Shown in pieces: positions 48,637-60,297 of a stretch of 64,000 nucleotides of DNA. The notes beneath the pieces were generated by a model. That model did not search any database, was not told where the DNA came from, and saw only the letters and a list, made by a program, of their open reading frames with translations. Within the stretch, counting starts at the first letter, position 1; each line of letters opens with the position of its first letter. The stretch is from Macrostomum hystrix (taxonomy: Eukaryota > Animalia > Platyhelminthes): NCBI GenBank assembly GCA_950097015.1, contig CATNEN010000032.1:62001-126000 (forward strand), given 5' to 3'. The translations under genes and the position numbers were made by a program.

Positions 48637-50000
48637 ATGGTCTCCACAAACAAAACTTTACAGACTGATGGGACTGATGATCATCAAGCAACTGGCGCTT
48701 CCACAGCAGCTCCTGACGTTGATCAAAACCAGGTGTGTAATCTGATACATTGTGACCGTTGTATGTTTGTCACTGTTCATGTTTAACAACCTAATTTGCA
48801 ATGACTTTGCAACACATTTCTCGCAGACGGTACTGGACACTGACGAGTGCCGCATCTGCCGCAATTCCGTTGCTGAACTGCTGGAAGCTGAGTCTGCTCA
48901 ATGTGGCCAGGCCTGCTGCCGGCCGCTCTGCTTCCAGCTCAACCGCTTCAACGGAAAGCGGCGCCGCGAACGGCAGCCACCGCTGCATCGCCTCAGCTGC
49001 GCTTGCGCCGGCAGCGTCCGGCACGTGTGCGCCCGTTGCTATCGACTCTATTACGTTGCTAGGGGCCTGAGCGCATGCGAAATCTGCCGCCAACCCACCG
49101 GCCTGGAGGGCGGTGAAGCTCATTTAAACGAAACTGGCGGTTGCTGCAGCCGTTTGGCAACCACCGTCTGCTCAGACGAAGCCCGCCTCCTTGTCTACGC
49201 CCTCTTCCTGACCTTCGCATTCGTGTCAATCTTTGTGCTGTTCCTTGTGGCCAATTCGGCCGAAACGCCGCCAGTGACCGCCGGTGGCCCGACAACGACG
49301 CCGTCGCCAGGTTCGCAGCGTCGTCTGGAGCGTTTCGTGTTCGTGGGTGTTGCCTCCGTGAACCTGTGCGTTGCCATGGCCTACATCTGCTACAGCTACT
49401 GGAGACATCATCGCAGAACAGGTAAAGTTGTTGCTATGCCAAGTTGAATATCTCCCATTGTTTGAATTTCTGGGGGCGAGTGGCAGAGCGGTTAACTCAT
49501 TTGCCTCTCGCACGAAGGTCGTTGAGCTCGATTCCGCTCTCTCTGGGCGCAGCCGCAGAGAGAAGGCCTGCGGGCTTGTCGTGAAATTTACGCCCTCGAG
49601 GGCCAACCCCAAGGCCCAGTGAAAGTGTACACTGCCTGACGATGAGAAAGTCAGGGCAGATGTACACACCTGTGTGATCGTGTGCCTGCGTACGGTATCT
49701 GTGTGGGTGCTCAGGAGTCAGCGAAATGGGCAGAATTGCCTGCTCGCTGGCTGCGCGTCAACTGTCACGAAATGATGTGCCACTGCAATTTTTATATCAT
49801 GTTATCGTATTATCGTAACTTTCTTCATAGGCACGCCAAATCTTTCAGGTGGCTGCTGCCGACGGCATAGACAACAACCTGGCGGATACGACGATCGTCA
49901 AGCTAGCATCGTCACTTTGCCCAATGTGGCGACGATTGGAGCAGTCACTGCGCAGACCCTGCAGCAGCCGCCACCTCTGCTATTGGGCGATGCGGCCTAG
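48637..50000 (+). CDS. RING-CH (MARCH-type) E3 ubiquitin ligase-like membrane protein, 286 aa predicted; exons 48637-48732, 48827-49421, 49831-50000
   Basis: CRIC...CACAGSVRHVCARC...CEIC RINGv pattern followed by two hydrophobic helices. GT-AG splice sites keep the frame to TAG at 49998-50000. The start codon and exon 1 are less certain. Confidence 0.8.
49471..49678 (+). mobile_element. tRNA-derived SINE family 2, copy B (intron 2 of the RING-CH gene)
   Basis: A box GAGTGGCAGAGCGG, B-box-like GCTCGATTCC; homologous to 44775-44993. Confidence 0.75.
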
Positions 50001-50289
50001 TTACCTCCCAGCATTTGATTTATTTACTGATAAGTACTTCAGGTACTTCATGCCTGTTTCATTAGTCTTTAGCTATGGTAGAAATTTTAGTGCATTTTGT
50101 CGTGTCCTCAGTTTTATATTTTGCTTGCATTTCATTACTTTCATGTCTCAATTATTCTTCACTGCTGCCAAATTATCAGTAAAAAACTTTGGCCATGTTA
50201 TCAATATATATTATTTTTACCGACAGTTTAAGGGGACCGATTAAAAAAAGGTGGACTTGGTAATCACATTGATGGGCTCCCAGTTCCAG

Positions 50290-51420
50290 CAAATCAGATT
50301 TTTGCTCCAATCAGCCCCACCTGATCATATTCCAGTCAGTCCCACCTGATCCCATCCAGTCAGTCTCACCTGATCCCATCCAGTCAGTCTCACCCGATCC
50401 CATCCAGTCAGTCCCACCTGATCCCATCCAGTCAGTCTCACCCGATCCCATCCAGTCAGTCTCACCTGATCCCATCCAATCAGTCCCATCTGATCCCATC
50501 CAATCAGTCCCACCTGATCTCATGCAGTCAGCCCAATCTGATCCATCCAGTCAGTCCCACCTGATCCCATCCAATCAGTCCCACCTGATCCCATCCAATC
50601 AGTCCCACCTGATCCCATCCAGTCAGTCCCACCTGATCCCATCCAGTCAGTCCCACCTGATCCCATCCAGTCAGTCTCACCTGATCCCATCCAGTCAGTC
50701 TCACCCGATCCCATCCAGTCAGTCCCACCTGATCCCATCCAGTCAGTCTCACCCGATCCCATCCAGTCAGTCTCACCTGATCCCATCCAATCAGTCCCAT
50801 CTGATCCCATCCAATCAGTCCCACCTGATCTCATGCAGTCAGCCCAATCTGATCCATCCAGTCAGTCCCACCTGATCCCATCCAATCAGTCCCACCTGAT
50901 CCCATCCAATCAGTCCCACCTGATCCCATCCAGTCAGTCCCACCTGATCCCATCCAGTCAGTCCCACCTGATCCCATCCAATCAGTCCCACCTGATCCCA
51001 TTCGATCAGTCCCACCTGATCCATTTAATCAGTCCCCACCAGATCCCATCCAATCAGTCCCACCTGATCCCATTCGATCAGTCCCACCTGATCCATTTAA
51101 TCAGTCCCCACCAGATCCCATCCAATCAGTCCCACCTGATCTCATGCAGTCAGTCCCATCTGATCCCATTTAATCAGTCCCACCTGATCTCATGTAGTCA
51201 TCCCCACCAGATCCCATCCAATCTGTCCCACCTGATCCCATCCAATCAGTCCCACCTGATCCCATCCAATCAGTCCCACCTGATTTTATGCAGTCAGCCC
51301 TATCTGATCCCATCCAGTCAGTCCCACCAGATCCCATCCAATCAGTCCCACCTGATCCCATCCAATCAGTCCCACCTGATCCCATCCAATCAGTCCCACC
51401 TGATCCCATCCAGTCAGCTT
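50290..51420. repeat. 24-bp minisatellite (CAGTCAGTCCCACCTGATCCCATC)n with a 311-bp higher-order duplication
   Basis: 8-aa periodic ORFs; the marker TCATGCAGTCAGCCCAATCTG occurs at about 50520 and 50831. Confidence 0.96.
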
Positions 51421-51984
51421 AGCTGTAAACTATGATACTGAACCAAAATTATTTATATATATATATATAAATAGTCAGCGACGTAGGAATGACATTTAAC
51501 TTGCGCGTTTGTCAATAATTTTTTATGTATTTAATAAACGGTTTTACATGACATACAGTCTCGTAATGCATGTGGTTCGTCTTTTCGTGTCCGACACAAC
51601 TATACGTTTGACTTTTAGTGTCATTTTTGAAACAGTGAAACAGATTTTTTGTCTGCTAAATTATAATTCCCTTGTTGCCAATCCCAGTGACCAATGGTCA
51701 AGTCCTATCAAATCAGGCTATCAAGCAATGTCGCACGCTCTACTCTCGTGACTTTTTTCAAATGTACATTTCTATTTTGGTGTACATTTGGCGGGGTACA
51801 GAACAGACATTCACCAGCCATCTAACGGCCGCCGGCTAGCCGACACTTCCACTAGTCAAAAAATACTCGGCTAGCCGGGTGATTCCACGTGGACCCACGG
51901 GGGGCTAGCCTTACTGGCGGTGGCCTTGGGGGAATTGCATTCCTAACCCACGTGCATGTAGTAAGAAACTATATAAATAACTTA

Positions 51985-52915
51985 TTTCCAAACATATAGG
52001 GAAGCCATTTTTACGGCGTAGTGTAGAATAACTTCGACTAAGTAGCTCAATGAGATACATGAGATACATACATGACAAGTCCATTTTTCAAAAGAAACCA
52101 AACTAGAATCCTTGTCCCTAGAACTCAAAGAACTCGATATGGAAAACTCTTGCATAATGAATTATAGCTTTTTGGCTAGAACGGCAAGAACTATATACAA
52201 CACAGGCATATATGCATTTTAGAAATGAAATAGATGACAGATTAATAGAAAGGAGGAATGAAAAGAAAAAATGACAAAAAGTGAAAAAGTTTTATTTCGT
52301 CAATTACAAAAATCAGTAGTGGTTGGTAATCGAGCTAGGGACCTTCCGCATGCGAGGATTCAGCGCTACTCAACAATCTACACAGACTTAATACAAGTGA
52401 AGGGAAAAAATATTATTATACTGGCTGGCCATAACACTAGCCATTTCTAGACATTTCCAAACATATAGGGAAGCCATTTTTACGGCGTAGTGTAGAATAA
52501 CTTCGACTAAGTAGCTCAATGAGATACATGAGATACATACATGACAAAGCCATTTTTCAAAAGAAACCAAACTTGTCCCTAGAACTCGAAAGAACTCGAA
52601 GCAGTGGCGAACGAATTTCGTATATGGAAAACTCTTGCATAATGAATTATATCTTTTTGGCTAGAACGGCAAGAACTATAATACAACACAGGCATATTAT
52701 ATGCATTTTAGAAATGAAATAGATGACAGATCAATAGAAAGGAGGAATGAAAAGAATAAATGACAAAAGTGATAAGTTTTATTTCGTCAATTACAAAAAT
52801 CAAATGTAATTGGTAATCGAGCTAGGGACCTTCCGCATGCGAGGATTCAGCGCTACTCAACAATCTACACGGACTTGATAGAAGTGAAGGGAAAAAATGT
52901 TATTATACTGGCTGG
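51985..52915. repeat. Diverged direct tandem duplication of about 450-470 bp
   Basis: TTTCCAAACATATAGGGAAGCCATTTTTACGGCG at about 51985 and 52455; both copies run to ...TTATACTGGCTGG. Confidence 0.9.
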
Positions 52916-54312
52916 TAGAAAGCCCAACTTAAAAGTTCTTTATCGTTCTTAATCGTTCTTTCATTCTTATTTATTCTATACCGTAACAGTTGAACCTAAA
53001 ATCTGTAATTTAGAAGATACAAGAGAGAATAAGTATACAATTATAAATATAGGAATGAATAAGTAGAAGCTAGGTATGTAAGTATGCATAATTTAAAAAT
53101 TTGGCGCGTTCCGATGCACAAGATTGAGATTCTAAATAGAGGAAGAGGGACTGTGTTTCGTACATTAATAAGGTAATAGTTTGGTATCTTATCTCCCTCC
53201 CGAGTTCCGGCCAACAAATGAATTAGTAATGAATTTCGATTGCTAGGGACCATTGAAAGGTTACACGATCGATCATAACCAATTGTGAATTATTTGATAT
53301 TTTTTGTTTTCTGCAATCTAAATTCGAAATTTATTCATATACATTCTGTTTTTATTAAACGTTGCTTCATTTTGTGTTCATATGTGTTTATTTTGGTACG
53401 TCCCAATTCCTTCACGCAAACTAAACTCCCGGACGATAAAATGTTACGTAAACACGTTAAAACAAAACAAACGCTAAAAACAAAACGTAGAATTAGTAAA
53501 AAATCTCATTTTATTGCACAAAAATTAAAATTGCTTTAACAGTTTTTAGTTACAGACAAGCGCTTTATTGACTTGAAATTTAAATTTTAAATTACAGTTT
53601 TTGCGGTTGTTTTATTCCTATCCAATATTCTATCCTATTCTATTGTAGTATAACTGGGTTTGAAGGCCGCGAATTTAAACAGTTTTACTACAGCAATTTA
53701 ACGTCTTCAGTTTACACGCCGCGCCGCGCCTTACACTTACAATCGATTGCAGCGCGCTTTTCAAACTGGTGCGATTATATTTTAATTAGACAACGATTAA
53801 AATAATTTATAATTAATATTTGCATTTTTTTCAAGGGTCATAAAAGTAGAAATTAATAACATAATAATGTTATTTGCAATCGCTATAGTTACTGTATAGC
53901 AACAATTAAATATTTAGCGCAATTTTAAAAGAACATTTCCAGCCGCACTACACTATGCTATCCTAAACCGATTAGGTTACTTGTGTTAATTATCTACTGA
54001 TACTACTACTAGATAATAGATCTATTCTTAAATCTTTAATTTATTTTGAAGTCTCAGTCAAAAGCATTGCGATTTTTTTGTCGCAGCGCATTTTTATTGC
54101 AAAATAGTAAATATAAAGTTTCTAATTAATTTAGATTAAATCGTCAAATTAGCTATTTGTTAACGTAAGTATGACCGTCAGTGCTTTCTATTCACTCATA
54201 TTTTCCTTAAATATGTTGCCCGTAGTTGTATAGACAACTAATATAATTAATAATTTTTTATTAACCATGCTTCCAGGGCCTAGCTGTGTCCCATAGGAAG
54301 TGCTAATTCACA

Positions 54313-54412
54313 TGGTCCTATGCTGATAATTTCAATTTTATCTACGTGGTCCTATGCTGATAATTTCAATTTTATCCACGTGGTCCTATGCTTATAATTT
54401 CAATTTTATCCA
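54313..54412. repeat. Three copies of a 34-bp direct repeat
   Basis: TGGTCCTATGCTGATAATTTCAATTTTATC at 54313, 54347 and 54381 (the third copy has CTTATAA). Confidence 0.9.
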
Positions 54413-56089
54413 TATGAATCCATGCTCAAAATTTATGCTTATCTGCTGGTGTTTTGTTTTGCAATCAGTCCTAAAAACAGTCTGGCTGGCTGCCTACATC
54501 GATCACCCTCAAACTGCAGCCAATTAAACCTGCCACAGAAAATGAATTCCACTGAGCAATGTAGAGAGCCTGGCACTTGCTGTCACAGCTAAGACCTGTG
54601 ATTTCCTTTGGCAAATCAAAATCCCTCTGGGCTTTTAGACAGACAGACCCATCAATTGAAAAGGCAAGAATCTCATAACTTTAGTCTCCATGTAAAACGG
54701 AACAAAAAGGGAGCCTCACAGTGATATCACCTGCCAATTCTCTCTCACTAGCTGGCCTGAAGAATCAGCAACAAAAGTTTTAGTGTTGGAGCACAATGCA
54801 ATAAATCTAGGATTGCCTAGACTTTCCAGCTCACCAGACTGGAATAAACATAATCCAACAATCATATGTACAAAAACATTCAAGACACAATAGTTTTGAT
54901 GACTATAGTTGGTTGTAGTGTCTCAAACAAACTTTTCTTGTACAACACTTAAGCATGCAGATAACGCCTATGCCATATCTATCCATAGTGTGGATCATGT
55001 AGTGCAGACAAGAATTTTCCTGTGTGTATTTTCAGAAGTGGCATGCAGTGGTGTACAAATTGGTCAGTGGCCTGCATAATGCACACTACATAATTACACT
55101 GGCATGGCAATGTTGCCAATGCATTTATGCATGCAGCAAAAAACATATTCAACTTTTTTTTAAATCTATTGTATATTAACAGTATAAATAGAGAAACAAA
55201 AATTAACATTTGTCTCCACTTGATTTGTGTTGCCTATGGATGAGTTAGCTCTATGTAGCAATGTATGCAGTGCGCTGCACGTGGCCTACATCTTGAATGT
55301 GCATTGACTTCCAAATTGCAGGTACTGCTTGACTGTTTTCACCTGCCTGTGACCAGTCACTTTACAGATATTGGCATTTGAGTAACCAACATCAGAAAAC
55401 TCCTTGCAGAGCTATTGCTGCGGCTGCCTCATGGAATGGTTGGAGCAGCAAATCAAACATGTCGACACCGGTGACACCCATCTGAAGTGGTCCCAGACCC
55501 TCTGACTTGGCCACCAGCTGGAACACGTCCATGGCGGCAAGAAGGTCGCTGCTGTTAGCGGCCTGATTATGCGAACATCCGATGGGATTCCAATTGCTCT
55601 AACAGACATTTGACATTGTTCTAAAATAAGAAAATGCAATGAAATTTACAGAATTTTATCATGTAGTCTAAAAATTTACTGCAACATGCTAACAAAATAT
55701 GTGTTAAATTATATTCACCTCATTGAAATTGGAAGGAAATCCATGGAAGTAAAGACGAAAATTTTCAAAGTCGTTTCTGAAATATTTGTTTTTATACGTA
55801 GGGTGTCCCAGAAATAGCGGGAAAAATCGATGCACAGGCAAACTGGTGCAACATAGTTTATTGAAACTTACGTCACTGATATATAAACATCCAGCAGTTC
55901 TAATGCTTTTTAAATCAAGTAAATATGTCAACTCATTAAAAAGTTTTAGCTAAAATTAGAACAAGGGGTAAGGGGTAGAGTTACACCAAGTCAAGGCCAG
56001 CGGAATCGGTCACGCAGCATCGCCATTGCTGACCTACTTCTTTGACTTAGCGGCAGGGAGCCTCCATGACAGACGCAGCGAGGAGGCGG

Positions 56090-56760
56090 CCGGTGCCGCC
56101 CATATCGCTAACCCCTGGCAGCATCGCCATCGCCGTCGACTGACGACTTTTCGACGAAGTCCCCCTTAGCTCGCAGCACTTAGTCCATCGCGTGAGAAGC
56201 GCATTGATGGCATCTGCATAAGCTCGACGCGGAATTTCGTGCAGCAGAACCCGCCTGAATTCACCTTCCAAGTTGTCGCGATGGTCAAAGATGCGCCCCC
56301 GCAGGTGCTTCTTTAACTGAGGGAAAATTGCGTAGTCGCAAGGAGCTAAGTCTGGTGAGTAGGGTGGGTGCGCAAGCAGATCAAAATTGAGTTCGTTGAT
56401 ACGATCAAGCGTTTTCTTGGCCGTGTGAGGTCGAGCGTTGTCGTGCAACAGGAGGTGAGGCTTCATCGCAGCCCTGCGCTTGTTGCGGATGTCTGATTTC
56501 ATCTTAGTCAGCGTCTCCGTGTACCGGTCCGAGTTAACCGTGCTGTTAGGCCCAAGGAAGTCGATGGTCAGGGTTAGACCCAGAAGGGTCAGGTCAACCT
56601 TCTTGATCGAAGAAAAGGGTCAGCATGATCTTCTTGCAGTGCTGGTCTCGCTTCGCTTTCACAGGTGGATCTGAACCCTTCAACGCCCACACCTTGCTTT
56701 CTGCTTGGTCTCAGGGTCAAAGTGCGGTATCCAGGTTTCATTGCCGGTCACCAGATAGGG
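56090..56760 (-). pseudogene. Mariner (DD34D) transposase remnant, 5'-truncated and frameshifted
   Basis: LLHDNARPHTA and HPPYSPDLAPCDY motifs. The upstream VTGNETW (canonical TGDETW) is in a different frame. No N-terminal DNA-binding domain. Confidence 0.9.
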
Positions 56761-57529
56761 TGTATCTGGTATTCGCTCGTATTTTAAGCGAATTTTTTTG
56801 AAGTTCTGTAAATTCTGTAAATTACCGAACTAGGCTACAACAAGCAAAAACAATTACAGTTTAGCATATGATAGCTGCCTAAATTCCTGATGTACATAAA
56901 TATATATCTCGGCTCCATTAGTAAAAAAACACTAACCTGGCAGTTCAATCGCCCAACAGGCTACCTTCTGCCGCATTCATTTGAGCTGAAATTGGTAGGG
57001 ATATTATACTCAAATCGCCAGAAGTATAATATCGCCAACTTAAATACTAACGTTAGTTTCCCTTTTGATTAGTCAAGATTAGTAAACATAGAAGCACAGC
57101 CGTTAATTGGCTGCGAACTTTTAATATCTGATTCAATATTGGGAACACTTTGAACTGCAGACTTCACCTCTAAGTTGTTTAAAGTACTTATTGGTCTCAG
57201 TTGCTGCAAGCTGTTGAAACATGGCACAATGATTTCAACCGCTACAACATATTGAACAGAAACTACTTAAAAATAAATGAAAACGAAAAGTAATAAATTC
57301 CAGATCTACCTATCAATCAGACGAGCCAAGAGCTTTCACCTTCAAAGGCATTTTCCGGTAGATTATTTAACTCTTAGTCGTTATGATTATATTATTATAT
57401 ATTTTGCGGTGCCCTAAAGTAGTGGATACAAATAATAAGGATTCAAATAGTCCTGGTCAAACATGATATTTGTTGCATTATTAAACTTCATTAAATCAAA
57501 TTAAAGTAAGTACATTTTACTTATTTCAG

Positions 57530-60212
57530 ATGTACCGTTTTAAAACCCTGAAGAAAACACGCAAGGTAACTTACGTTTCTGGCCTGCGTGGACGACCAAG
57601 ATCAACAAAATACTCTGCCGGTAAAGACTGTTGGAATCAACATAGTGCTAAATCTGCAGTTCAAAACACTTCTGGCACGTCCAGTTCTGTTTTTCAAGAA
57701 GCAGATTTCGACTTTGAAAGTTCGTCCGATTGCTTTATCGAGTGGGAAAATTATGATTCATTTGTTGAAAATTGTTCACCGAGTTATCGGAAGTCATTTA
57801 TTTTGAGCCAGTGCATACGCTGCCGAGAAAACCAAGGTATTTTTCGCTGTATAACCTGTAACGTGGATCTATGTGCTGACTGCAAGGAAGTAACTCATGG
57901 AGATTTCGTTGCTCATAAATTTCTACTCTGGAATGTAAGCAAACCTACATATATTTAGTGATCTTTAGCTCATAAGTGCACTTTTTTAAACGAAACAAGA
58001 AAAAAAGATCTCAACAGCAATTTTAGCAATCTATGCCAATCAAAAATGTAAACTAAAATGTAACTTCCTCCCGCAGATCGATCTACTGATGTTTAGTGAG
58101 GAAACTTCCGGGGCAGCCATATCTTTTCCAAAACTTTACTGCTGTAATGACTGTGCGAGAGGCAAAGTATTTAATGCAGCGAGCAACGTGCAGTTAATTA
58201 ACATAACCGGAAGCGTCCAGGCAAAAGTTTTTACATGTGCAGCATGCGACACCTGTTGTGCTTTGCTGTCTCAGGGCTACTTCCCAGCAACGGCTTCATC
58301 AGATGGCGAATGTTTAACTTTTTTTTTCCTTTAGTTTCCTTTCACTTCTTGATTCAATGTGCATGGATGGACAGTTGCCTATGCATAGAGCAATTCACTC
58401 ATTCTTTAAGGGCACAGTCGTGGGACAAGGTTGCTGGAGTCCAGACTTAGCGAAGAGTGTCTACCAACGTATTCAGCGGTACGGTGTACTTTTGCGCTTT
58501 CGCGAGTTGCAAAACCATAATTCATGTTGGCCAAAAACATGCCTAAGTTGCCCAGAAAAAAACTCTAAACGCAAGACTGTTCTATGTGGTGATGGTCTCT
58601 TCGGTTGGCAGCAATTTGCAGCGTCGGGTGGAAAGCAGAAGGATTTACCAGGTGATGGTCGTATTTTGCCTGAACCTCTTATTTACGTAGATGGAAATTC
58701 TCAACAAGGTTCTACTGTCCATCATCCTGAGCCTGACAGTTGTCCTAACTGGAGAGCTGGTAGTACAACTAAAGAGACCTCGAGAGGTGCCTCACGGAAC
58801 AACGTCTATGGATTCTTTGGTCTGTTCTGCAGACACAATAGGCTTGTGACAGGGTGTAATATAAATACTCCAGGAGAGCGTCTTTGCTATCCAGAGGAAT
58901 GCCTGCTTCATTATTTAAAAACGACGCCAGTGTCAAAGCATCTACTGTTTATTTATGACGTTGGTGAGTAATCCGATTTAACATGCGTACAGTTTAAATC
59001 ATATCATTATAATTCATACTTCGTGCAAAATATTTTTAACAGTTTTCCAAAAAATATTGAAAGTGGCATAAAAAGTTTTCTTGCTCGAATATACTCGAAA
59101 TCGTTTCAATTTCAGGTTGTCGTGTCTCCAATCGGGTCAAGTCTATCGTTGCACAGTCCGGGGCTGATGTCCATAGCAGCATGTGTGCTGTTAATGCGTT
59201 TCACGTCCTTGGACATAAAACTAGCTGTCAGCTGAATTTATCCGTACGCGTTACTCCGGGAGCTGGCTTGTGTGACGGTGAGCATTCTGAACGAGCCTGG
59301 GCTGCCTTAAGACCGTATGGAAAGTTTTTTAAGTACATGCGGAATGATCGGAGGACAATGTCCATATCCCATATTTTACACAATTTCAATGCTCAACAAC
59401 TTTTAAATGCACATGTGTGGTTTGCGCAAAGGTTGAAATTGATTACAACTACCTCTACAGCAATAAAAAACGAAATTCAAGCTCTAATGCATGAAATGGC
59501 TGTCTTAAAAAATTCTGGTTGTATTGACACTCGCTTTGACGTATCGGATGAGCAGATTCTGGTCTTAGGCCAGCAATGGCATATGGAATCAATTTCGGGT
59601 CACGCCTCTCTTGAAGAAGATACGCTGGGCTCTTTAAGGTCAGTTGCCACTCAAAGAATATATTGGCTTAGAGAACTTGGTACTTCCACAGGTCAAAGTC
59701 GAACAAAAAGTTGTGCTCGTAGAGTTTTTAGTCTAACTTCGGAAATGCAGAAACTCTATTCCAAATAGATGCCACAAAACGATAGACCAACTTTTACAGA
59801 ACTTCAAAACCCTAAGCATAGCTTCTATTCCGGAATTGCTAAAAACGATTTTACAGGAAGCTTTCGTAGACGCGCCATTGACGTAAGTCATAAAAAATAG
59901 AGGCTTGATGAGGAAAAAAACTTTCTTTTTGATGAATGGCGTGATATTCAGAAGCGTATTCAAGAGCATTGTATAACTTTAGAAGGTCAACCAGGTCTAC
60001 CGGCACACTTTCACCGACTGTTTCAGATTATTTACCGGCAAATTGAAAGTGTCCCTATAGCAATGCTCTCAGTCAACCAAGACTCAATCCAAAGTTTAAC
60101 TCCCACGGTTGACAGTTTAGACAAAAATGATTCTAACGAACGACTGGACGATCTAGATAACTCATTCAATTCAGCATCAGATGATTCTGATGATGACGAG
60201 ACCGCGTGTTAA
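57530..60212 (+). pseudogene. Spliced KDZ (Kyakuja-Dileera-Zisupton) transposase gene, about 795 codons; exons 57530-57934, 58077-58963, 59116-60212; one frameshift and two in-frame TAGs
   Basis: N-terminal Cys clusters (CIRC...CITC...CADC...H; C..CD...LLSQGYFPAT), then CGDGLF, CPNWRA, GFFGLFCRH, GERLCY, YDV|GC (reconstituted across a GT-AG intron), NAFHVLGH..SCQ and GAGLCDGEHSERAW, matching the KDZ RNase H-fold signature as I recall it. Confidence 0.85.
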
Positions 60213-60297
60213 ATATATATTAGCAGCTAAGTGCATCAAACCAAAAAGTCTCATAATATTTAAGTCAAAATGCAACACTTTACTATTAAGTATCTGC

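Noticed and set aside
58307-58334. Tiny intron to explain the KDZ frameshift
   Set aside because: Candidate introns are only 23-28 nt and give the wrong phase.
59883-59900. GTAAGT...TAG as an 18-nt intron removing the second stop
   Set aside because: Too short for a spliceosomal intron, and the in-frame residues fit the protein.
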